From: Eledone cirrhosa | Lineage: Eukaryota | Assembly: GCA_964016885.1 (NCBI GenBank) | Contig: OZ024742.1 | Location: 245,520,001-245,584,000 of the forward strand | Direction: 5' to 3' | Length of the DNA: 64,000 nt | Shown: piece after piece, positions 54,153 to 64,000 of the stretch | Layout of the letters: each line of letters opens with the position of its first letter | How positions within the stretch are numbered: the stretch's first letter is position 1 | Notes under the pieces: model-generated | Database searches by the model: none | What the model was told of the DNA's origin: nothing | What the model saw: the letters and a program-made list of their open reading frames with translations, nothing else | Translations under genes and position numbers: made by a program

Positions 54153-54493
54153 CATCATCATCATCATCATTTCATTTTACGTCCGCTTTTCCCTGCTTGC
54201 AAGGGTGGGACGGGAACTGATTCTGGCTTGATTTCTACAGCTGGATGCCCTTCCTAACACCAACCTCATTTACAGTGAGTGCTGGGTGCTTTTTTGCCGT
54301 GGCACCTCCACAACCACTTTACAGTGGAATGATAGGGAACCCAGTCCCTATCATCTCATTTCTACAGGTGAGTAAACTGGAGCAATGTGAAATAAAGTGT
54401 CTTGCTCAAGGAAACAACACATCACCCAGTCTGAGAATTGAACTCACAACCTTTCGATTGCAAGGCCAATGCTCTAACCACTAAGCCATGTGC
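54153..54493 (-). mobile_element. Complete SINE: tRNA head + CORE-like + RTE-5'UTR-like + RTE tail
   Basis: tggcttagtgg (A box), gagttcaattc (B box), cttgagcaagacacttt, gttggtgttaggaagggcatcc, (GAT)n tail. Flanking direct repeat ctacatt. Confidence 0.85.
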
Positions 54494-54896
54494 CTACATT
54501 GTATGTATATATATCAAAATGAAAAAACGGGTTTAAATACTCATGTTAATATCCTGTAATTAATTGTTTCTACTTTTGACACTAGGCCAGCAATTACACA
54601 GTATATTACTGGTACTTTATTTTATCGACCCCATAAGGATGAAAGGCAAAGTTGAATGTGCTCAAAGTATAAGCACTGGGCTCTTTACAATGCAATATAT
54701 AGAAGTTTAAGTTTATTTTTCGTATCTCCAAACTTTTCGGTTTGCATGAGATTTGTATATATACGTGTGTGTGTGTATATATATGTATATACATATATAG
54801 AGATATATGTATATATATATATATGTATTTGTGATATAAATTTGTGTGTATAGCCATTTAAATATATATATATATATATGTGTATGCGTATAGCCG

Positions 54897-54932
<36 letters not shown>

Positions 54933-54979
54933 AAGAGTGAAGAATAACGTGGTCAACAGTACAAAAAGGGTTTTATTTA

Positions 54980-55092
54980 CAGTATTAACAATTGTTTAAT
55001 TGATTAAGTTGTCTAAAAATTGCTAATCACTTGAAGTTGTGTCACTAAATTTTAAATACAATGTATGCTTAACTAAATCATCAGAAAAACTG
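54980..55092 (-). ncRNA. Degenerate hammerhead motif with long stem II
   Basis: cagttttt-CTGATGA-tttagttaag..cttaatcaat-TAAA-caattg-TT-aatactg; G12 is mutated. Confidence 0.45.
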
Positions 55093-55149
55093 ATTAAAAT
55101 TATACACAGCGCTGTATGATAACCACTCCCTCATGAATATATTATCGAG

Positions 55150-58100
55150 CAGTCAAGGGGCGGACGGAGGCTCCGTAAGCCGTAGTGTAGGCAATCCATC
55201 TAGGAGAGCTACCACTCCAAATATATTTGTGCGGGGTAGAGAAGTCCCCTCAGTCCAGTAAGACAACTTCCCTAGTGCTGGTGGCACGAATAAAAGCACC
55301 CAGTCCATGCTGTAAAATGGAGGGGTGGATAGGGCCCCTGAGTCCAGTAAGACGACCTCTCTAGTGCTGGTGGCACGAATAAAAACACCTAGTCCATGCT
55401 GTGAAATCGAGGGGTGGATAGGGCCCCTGAGTCCAGTAAGACGACTTCTCTAGTGCTGATGGCACGAATAAAAACACCTAGTCCATGCTGTGAAATCGAG
55501 GGGTGGATAGGGCCCCTGAGTCCAGTAAGACGACCTCTCTAGTGCTGGTGGCACGAATAAAAGCACCCAGTCCATGCTGTAAAGTGGTGCTGGTGTTAGC
55601 AAGGGCATCCAACCAGTATATATAAACTATGAACACAACAAATGAAATTTGCAACAACTGCGTAAACAGCAATAACACTAGCCATGTTAGGGCTGCACAC
55701 AGTAGTGGGGTGGTTAGTGAGGCCATGTGTGAGAACCCCACGACCGTCATCAAGCAATCGCACAACAGGAAAAAGAACGAGACGTCGCATCTCAGAGTTG
55801 CCACACTTAATGTTGGCACTCTAACAGGTAGATCTGGTGAGATAGCGGAGATGCTGAAGAGAAGGCATGTGGATGCGTGCTGTGTGCAAGAGGTGAGATG
55901 GAGAGGTGCCTCTGCAAGACTAATCGCAGGCAAACATCGTAGTTATAAGCTTTTCTGGGTGGGTAATGATGATGGGTTAGGTGGGGTGGGCATATTAGTG
56001 GCTGAGAGATGGATCAATAAGACAATAGAGGTAGTTCGAGTTAATAATCGAATAATTAAGCTTAGATTAGTTGTAGGCAAGAGACTACTGACAATCATCT
56101 CTGCCTATACTCCCCAGGCAGGCCTAGGTAAAGAAGAGAAAAACTGCTTTTACAAGCAACTTTTACAAACAGCCTCAATGACAGAGGACAAAGATATTGT
56201 TATGCTAGCAGGGGACTTCAGTGGTCATGTTGGACAGCTCCAAGGTGGTACACTGGGGTACATGGTGAGCACAGTTACGGCTCAAGAAATGAAGAAGGAG
56301 TGAGGCTTCTTGAATTTTGTGATGCAAATGCACTAACCATTTGCAACACTAACTTCCAGAAGCCTACCAACCACCTAATAACCTACAAATCAGGCGAGCA
56401 CATAAGCCAGATTGACTTCCTGCTAGTTAGACAGCGAGACAGACAGATGGTGTCAAATACTAAGTCATACCCCGGGAAGAATGTACCCCACAGCATAGGT
56501 TAGTCGTTAGTGACATCTCAGTAAGCAAGAGAAAGAATGAGACATACAGGAAGGTGTGGAAAATATAAATTAAAATATAAATTTAGCAAAGCCCTTCAAG
56601 GTGTGTATGACGAAAAAGAAGACGATTTAGTGTTGTATGACATAGATGATAACTGGAATTTCTTGCGTGACAACTTACTGCAGGCTACTGAAGAAACTTG
56701 TGTTTGGGGCAGAGCTTCAACCAGGCAGAGAGTGACCTGGTAGTGGAACAGCACAGTAGAGACAAAAACAGCCATTAGAGACAAAAAGACTAGCATGGAA
56801 GGCTTGGAAAAATGGTGGGAGTAGAGAAGGATACACAGCTGCTAAGAGAGAAGCTAGACGTCAGGTGTACTTAGCACGCAGGGAGGCTGAGAGTAGGAGG
56901 TTTGCCAATGTTCTGCGATGGGAAGATCAGAGGCGTGCGGTGTTCCACATTGCAAGGCAGGTGTCAATGCAAATCAGAATGTTGTTGGAGATAAATGTGT
57001 CCGGAATGATGCCGGTGTACTTAGTGTCACGAATGATTAAAAAAAGAAGGCCTGGAAATGTCATTATGAGAGACTGATGAATGTGGAGAACGAATGGGAG
57101 AGAGAGAAATTACCTCCAGTAGACCCGACAGAGGGACCAGCTATTGAGATTGACGAATATAGGGTACAAGAGGCAATTAAGGAAATGAAGAATGGTAAGG
57201 CTGCTGGACCATCGGGGATAGTTGCTGAGATGCTGAAGGCATCAGGAGAAGTAGGCACTAAACTGGTTGCACGCATCATCAATCAAGCTATATATGGTGG
57301 TGTCACACCCAAAGACTGGTGCAGCAGTATTCTCATAAATAGCTACAAAGGTAATGGAGATGCTCTGGAGAGGAGCAATTATAGGGGCATAAAGCTGTTG
57401 GATCAGGTTATGAAAGTGGCAGAGAGAATATTAGCGCAACTGATTTAAAAAAGGGTCAAATTAGATGAGATACAGTTTGGTTTTGTGCCTCGGAAAAGTA
57501 CAACAGATGCCCTCTTCTTAGTGAGGCAACTACAAGAGAGGTTCTTAGAGAAGAATAAGCCACTATACTTAGCTTTTGTTGACTTAGAGAAGGCCTTTGA
57601 TAGGGTACCCTGATCTGTCATCTGGTGGTCCCTAAGGAAACTAGGTGTAGAGGAATGGCTTGTGAGGACAGTGCAAGCTATGTACAGGGGTGCTGTCAGT
57701 AAAGTGAGAGTAGGAATGGAGTTTAGTGAGGAATTCCAGATACAAGTAGGTGTACATCAGGGTTCGGTCCTCAGCCCGCTCTTGTTCATTATAGTCCTCC
57801 AAGCCATAACAGGAGTTTTAAGACTGGCTGTCCATGGGAACTTCTCTATGCTGATGATCTGGTTCTTATTGCAGAATCAGTAGAGGAACTAGAGAATAAA
57901 TTCTGGCTATGGAAACAGCAGTTGGAATCAAGAGGACTGAGAGTGGACATAGCTAAGACAAAAGTGTTGATGAGTAGAAAAGAGGACAAAACTCTGATTC
58001 CGTCAGGGAAATGGCCATGTTCGATATGTAGGAAAGGAACTGGCGTAAATTCTATAAAATGTATGCAATGCAGATCTTGGGTACACAAGAAGATGTGGGA

Positions 58101-58817
58101 TAGCAGGCAAACTAACAGTACTACGTATGCAGTAGATGTACAGGGAAAGTTGGTAGTAGTAATCGCAGTGATAGACACATTTTTCCAATGCAGGTGGGTT
58201 CTATAGAAGTGGTTGATAACTTCCGGTCTAGGTGATCAGATTAGCATGGGAGGGGGGGTGTTCCGAGGCCATAGCATCTAGAATAAGGACGGGTTGGAAG
58301 AAGTTTAGGGAGCTGCTTCCTCTGTTGACACAAAAGGGTTTCTCCCTGCGTACGAAAGGACGGTTATATGATGCCTGTGTGAGATGTGCGATGCTGCATG
58401 GTAGTGAGACATGGGCAGAGGATATGCGATGGCTGGAGAGAAATGAAGCAAGCATGCTCCGTTGGATGTGCAATGTCAATGTACGTGAATGACCAAGCAT
58501 AGACGAGTTGAGAAAGAAACTGGGTATAAGAGGGATAAGTTGTGGTGTGCAGGAGAGAAGACTGAGATGGTATGGACGTGATGCGCATGGAGGATGACCG
58601 CTGGGTAAAGAAGTGCCAAGAAATCCCAGAAGAAGGAAGACGCAGTAGAGGTAGACCACGCAAAACATGGGCGGAGGTGGTGAGAGCAGACCTCAGATTG
58701 CTGAAACGCACGGAGGAGATGACGAAGGACCGTGATATGTGGAGAGATGCTGTGCTGAATAGGACCCGTCCAACCCTTGCAAGCAGGGAAAAGCGGACGT
58801 AAAATGATGATGATGAT
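55150..58817 (+). mobile_element. Full-length but decayed RTE LINE with tandem-repeat 5' UTR
   Basis: 5' motif ggcaatccatctaggagag, four 89-bp repeats (55246-55583), ORF from 55629 (RVATLNVGTL..VQEVRW..QGSVLSP..GRPRKTW) with many stops and frameshifts, (GAT)n tail. The 5' boundary is approximate. Confidence 0.92.
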
Positions 58818-59062
58818 GAAATGAACACACAAAGAAGTGTGTTTTGAATTACAAGGGATGAAAACCACTATAGTGCAAAAATGGTAAAATACATAATAAC
58901 CGGAAAAAGTGAATTAAAATGAACTAACCATTTCAATAACTATTAAACTCCTGGACAAATTACAGATACAGTTTGTTTTGCCTAAAGTTAGTGACTGTAT
59001 CATAAAGTCTCATGGTTTTCATCCCTTGAAATTCAAAACACACTTCTTTGTGTGTTCATTTC
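58818..59062. repeat. Fold-back island with 50-bp inverted arms
   Basis: 58818-58867 is the reverse complement of 59013-59062 (1 mismatch). Abuts the RTE tail and (TA)n. Confidence 0.8.
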
Positions 59063-59072
59063 TATATATTGC

Positions 59073-59119
<47 letters not shown>

Positions 59120-59693
59120 AATATGTGTGTATATATATATATACAAAAATATATGTATATATATGACAATCTAGGATTTAAGAGTTAAAACTCTTTGGCA
59201 TTGCTACTATGACAATGATTCCCACCACCGCCACTTTATCTTTTTCTCTCTCTTACCATCCCTTTTCCATAAAGACTTGTTACAATGTGGGATTAAAAAA
59301 AATTCCACCACTACTACCACAACAACCCCTCTCTCTCTTTCTTTCTCTCTCACACACACACAAACACACTTACCATCCCGTCTCCAGTGTAACCAACGTT
59401 TTACATGAAATAAAATTATAGATCCAATAATATAGATCCTGTAGTTCATTGAAGGTAGGAGGTTCTTTCTGTGCTACGTATACCTGATATCTCATATAGT
59501 TTTTATATATTAAATTAGTCACTAAGTAGCTGAAGTATACTATAGGTTCAGGTATGGCTGTGTGATTAAGGAATTTGCTTTTCAACTATGTGATTTCGGG
59601 TTCACTCTCTTTGTATGGAATCTGGATAGGTGTCTTTTAGTGGATGATTTCCTTGGTCTAATCTAATGATCGGCTCCTTTCCATTATATTATA

Positions 59694-60092
59694 CTAGCTG
59701 AGGTACCCAGCTTTACCCGGGAGAACAATTAAGAGAACACAGATAAAAGAGAAAACGACTGTATTGGATGTGTTGTCTGGTTTACAGTATGAGGTGAGAC
59801 CGTAATGTGTGTGTGTGAGAGAGACATACAAAAAACAATCATAAAACTTCCTTATTTGGCTGGGGGAGTAAACTGCCGATTAAATTGTAGCATTTGCCTT
59901 GGATTTTAAATGTGAAATAACCATAGTCAGTATGATCTTTTTCAGCTCCAAAGGATGTTATCTAAAACGCAGTTAAAACCGATTCTAGACTTTTGTTGGA
60001 TGTCTCTCTCTCTCTCTTTAGATGTGTGTGTAGTTTTTGTGTGATTCAACCAACCAACCAACCAGCCAATAAACATCTCTCTTTTATATTGA
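59694..60092 (-). mobile_element. Probable non-autonomous Helitron
   Basis: Minus strand ends cccgggtaaagctggg hairpin + tacctcagCTAG|t and begins a|TCaatataaaagagag next to a (GGTT)n run. Confidence 0.55.
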
Positions 60093-60118
60093 TTTTAATG
60101 TTTTTTTGTTTTTTTCAG

Positions 60119-60246
60119 TGAAAGTCAGTAATAGTGATCGTACTTCCAGTTTGAAGGTTGTCTCTCCTCCAAGTGGGATTCGTATTGGTCTTTCCCGCAA
60201 CCAAAAAGTAAAACCCCTGCATCCGACAGTGAAAGCACAGCACTGA
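60119..60246 (+). CDS. RAD51AP1: RAD51AP1-like terminal exon with RAD51-interacting motif
   Basis: tttttcag|..SPPSGIRIGLSRNQKVKPLHPTVKAQH*, matching the RAD51AP1 end LRLGLSRLARVKPLHP. The eight exons total 1293 nt = 430 aa + stop. Confidence 0.92.
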
Positions 60247-60625
60247 TAGAGCATATACATTCTTACATACATACATACACACACAGACATCCACTCATTC
60301 ATACATATATGTGTATGTATATATATATGTGTGTGTGTGTGTATATATATAATTTTACCTCCACTTCTGTACACACACATACACACTCACATGTCAAGTC
60401 ACTCTGATCTTTTAGATGATTGCAGTGGTGCCAGACTTAAGTAGGAAGAAAGAAAACTCAGCTTAAGTAATCATATACCAGCTTCCTCATTTGATAACAG
60501 AAAGTAATAACTCAACGTTCTATCATAATCACATCATCACACTCACTTGTACACGTATAGAATACACATATGTATATAAAAGTTTGCATTTATGTATGTG
60601 TGAGTGTGTATATCTATCTCTCTCA

Positions 60626-60656
<31 letters not shown>

Positions 60657-61000
60657 TATGTATATGGCTGCTAAACAACAGAAGTATATGATAAAGTTGT
60701 ATCTAATCTATATATCATCATCATTGTTTTTTACATCCGCTTTTCCATGCTTGCAAATATATATATATATATGTGTATATACACAGTATAAAGGTAACTG
60801 AGACTGTGTAAATTTATACACACCTTTACACATTCATACTTATATATTCTTTATATAGATACAACTTTATCATAGACTTCAGCTGCTTAATTCACAACTT
60901 AATATATATCTGAATTAACTGCCAACACATTACTACTATAAATGAGAAGTTATATAAACCCCTTGTTACGTATTTCCTTGTGGTTGATTAGATGATATAC

Positions 61001-61046
61001 ACACCTTCTGATGACCCAGCTAGGTTTTCAAATCGATTAAAGGTGT
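61001..61046 (+). ncRNA. Degenerate hammerhead motif
   Basis: acacctt-CTGATGA-cccagctaggtttt-caa-atcgat-TA-aaggtgt. 7-bp stem I and palindromic stem III are intact; GAAA is damaged. Confidence 0.45.
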
Positions 61047-61140
61047 TTATTATTTTTCAATTTGCAGAGAAATACATATATTTGGCAGGTTTATATGTGT
61101 ATATACTAAAAATGTGTAAATTTATATACACATTTATATT

Positions 61141-61173
<33 letters not shown>

Positions 61174-61520
61174 GTTTAACGTCCATATTCCACGCTCGCA
61201 TGGGTTTGGACGGGAGTTTTCCCACTTGAGGCAAGAGTGATTGTCTTGCTCGCATAGGACTGTCTGGCGGGTTTTCTACGGCTGGATGCCCTTCCTAACA
61301 CCAACCACATTTACAGTGTGGAACTGGGAGGTTTTTACCATGTTACCTACACGGCCACATTACAGCGTGGACTGTGTGTTTTTTTGTCATGACACTTACA
61401 CGACCTCATTTGTTTCGGGCTGGATGTTGTGGTACCAACATAACTTTACATTGAAAGGGGTGGTGTGGATGGGGTGGGGGTAGTGGGACGGGGGTGTATT
61501 TCGTTAGAGATGCCTACTGA
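61141..61520 (-). mobile_element. 3'-UTR-only copy of the young RTE family
   Basis: Collinear with 46277-46645. Confidence 0.9.
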
Positions 61521-61527
61521 CTAGTAG

Positions 61528-61560
<33 letters not shown>

Positions 61561-61569
61561 ATTTATATA

Positions 61570-61712
61570 CGAGGGTCGGCTAAAAAGTTCATAGGCTGAC
61601 CAAGTCCTTGGAAAGAAACAATGCAGTTATTAATAAGAAGAGTTGAAATTAATACATGCAAGATTTCACACATCTAGCATCACTTCTTCATAGTCAGCCT
61701 ATCCCACCCTCG
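61570..61712. mobile_element. Mariner-type MITE remnant
   Basis: TA|CGAGGG...CCCTCG|TA with inner ataggctgac/gtcagcctat inverted repeat. Confidence 0.6.
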
Positions 61713-61728
61713 TATATATGTATGTATA

Positions 61729-61790
<62 letters not shown>

Positions 61791-62009
61791 AGATGGGAAA
61801 AACACTGAGACATGGAGACAATAAATGAAGAGAAAAACAAGGAACACAACATTGAACTTCTGGTCTTCACCTGTTCTTTTCAACAGAAGTGTTATTATTT
61901 TGTAAATATGCAGTAATATATTTGTTATATAATGAAAAGTTTGTTCTTTATTTTATAAAATTTCATATCTCCTCTGCTCCTTGTTAGTGTTGTATAAAAT
62001 ACACAGATA

Positions 62010-62780
62010 AAGCCACCATGATGCATGTAAGCAAGACATGGGTGATGAACATGGAACAACACAAGGTTGGAAACAAGAGAAATTGGAATGATCTGGTGGA
62101 TGAGTGGAATATAGTTGTAAGAAGAGGAAAGACAAACAATAAATTGCAGCGGATGGTGGAAATAAAGCCAGTGATGAATGTTCTGGGAAAAAATGGAATG
62201 AGATGGGTGATGTGTTGAGGAAGGGTGAAAGTTACTGGATAAGAGGAGTAGAGCCAGTGATGAATGTTGTGAAGAAAAATGGAATGAGATGGTTGGATCA
62301 TGTATTGAGGAAGTGTGAAAGATACTGGATAAGAGGAGTAGAGCCAGTGAGAAATGGAATGAGATGGTTGGATCATGTGTTGAGGAAGAGTGAAAGTTAC
62401 TGGATAAGAGGAGTAGAGCCACTGATGAATGTTGTGAAGAGAAATGGATGGAATAAGATGGTTGGATCATGTGTTGAAGAAGGATGAATGTGACTGGGTG
62501 AGTGGAGTTATGAAAATAGAGCCAGTGATAAATGTTGTGAAGAGTAATGTAATGAGATAGTTGGGTGAGGTAATGCGTTGAGCAAAGATGAATGTAACTG
62601 GGTGAGAGGAATGATGGAAATAGAGCCAGTGATGAATGTTGTGAAGAGAAATGTAATGAGCTGATGAGGTAATGTGTTGAAGGATGTGACTGAGTGAGAG
62701 GAGTGGTGGAAAGAAGTGGAGGAAAAGGAAGACCAACAAAGACATGGCTAAACGTAATTGAGGAGAAAATGAAAGCCAAC
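62010..62780 (+). repeat. Old RTE 3' fragment with about 6 tandem duplications of a coding segment
   Basis: Units of 75-105 bp begin gagccagtgatgaatgttgtgaag and encode EPVMNVVKKNGMRWLDHVLRK. The array ends in GRPTKTW. Confidence 0.8.
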
Positions 62781-64000
62781 AAATGTAGTACCCCCCCCCC
62801 CCCCCCCAAAAAAAATAAAAAAGAATAATGATAATGAAAATTATTGTGTTCAGTGCTCAAGTGCATTATAACTCATCAAAGGTGCATATATAGTACATAG
62901 AATAATGTACAAATGTCAGGAAAGTGAACAGTGTATGAGTCATGATATACACACAGATGCGTGTGTATGGAGGGGGTATATCAGGTGTAGTGTTGGTGAA
63001 TTTTGGGGACCATGGAAATCTTGAAGGTTTAACCATTTTCATTCCAAAACTGCAACAACTTTATGTTCCAAATGCTAATTAAATAACAAACAAACAAACA
63101 AGCATTTTAAGGCCACTTTCCTTGCTAAAGCAAAGTTAAGCTTTGTAGGTCCCATGACAAACTTTTTCGTTTCACCCTATCGTCAGCACCCCCCCCCCCC
63201 CACATCAAACCCATGACTTATTTCTTCCTCTATCTTTAGTTATGTTTCTTGGTCTTCCCCATCCACCACTTCCTACATTCATTTCCATCTATCCTCTGTT
63301 ATATTATTAAATCTTTCCAAATTATAAATTATTTTCAAAATTTATTTGAACATCATTGGCATTTTTTATTTTTGTTAGTTTTTTTAAAGAAATATGGTAA
63401 TAAAAGCATAGCTACTGACGATATGATCATTAGTTCCAACCTTATTAATATAGTTGTGAATGTCTTCATCTCCAACAAGGGAAATAACTCTGCTTGCTCT
63501 GGTTTGTTTGGCATGTGAAAGATTGTTGAGTAATAGAATGTTCCAACAAAAGCCATAATTGACATGAAAGGAAATATTTGAAAAACCCAGATATAATAAT
63601 GGTTTCTGATTTTAGGGGAGGAGAAAGTAAATTAAATCGACCCCAGTGCATTACTGGTGTTTTATTTTATTGACCCTGTAATTGTTTCTACTTTTGGTAC
63701 AAGGCCAGCAATTATCTCAGTGCATTACTGGTACTTTATTTTATCTACCCCGCAAAGTTTAACTCAGAACGTAAAGGGTCGTAACTCTGTGTTGCAAAGA
63801 AGGGGTGTCCGACGCTCTACCGATTCTGCTAATTCACATAAAAATTGTTTTTAACATAGATACAAGGCCAACAATTGTTTCATGGTGGAGTGATTAGCCA
63901 TTTTGTTAGCATGTGATTTTTTAATAATTTTGTGGTGAGAGAAATAGCTAACGTAATAATGCCTTGTTAAAAAATCTCCGCGTACCTCATGTTGAACCTA

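Noticed and set aside
55246-55583. Regularly spaced repeats superficially like a CRISPR array
   Set aside because: Whole units repeat without unique spacers, in a eukaryotic LINE 5' UTR with no cas genes.
61925-62866. 313-aa repetitive ORF on the minus strand
   Set aside because: Antisense of the tandemly duplicated RTE fragment.

Overview
AT-rich, microsatellite-laden animal genomic DNA. The SINE/RTE repertoire suggests a coleoid cephalopod (octopus-like); this is inference. Two host genes are supported: (1) an intronless 171-aa tropomyosin at 9021-9536 that aligns without gaps to both ends of canonical 284-aa tropomyosin but lacks exactly 112 internal residues (16 heptads); (2) an 8-exon RAD51AP1-like gene (37805-60246, about 430 aa) assembled by splice phase. 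Mobile DNA dominates: a decayed Neptune-type Penelope element, a CRE-like remnant, an internally deleted Gypsy provirus whose 5' LTR is split by a near-complete CR1 LINE, several RTE LINEs (one with an uninterrupted 997-aa ORF), RTE-dependent SINEs, Helitrons and MITEs. The most striking unannotated signal is about a dozen minimal hammerhead-ribozyme cores from several unrelated sequence families, mostly in short, often fold-back islands inside (TA)n tracts. All calls were made by eye; no alignments, folds or database searches were run.
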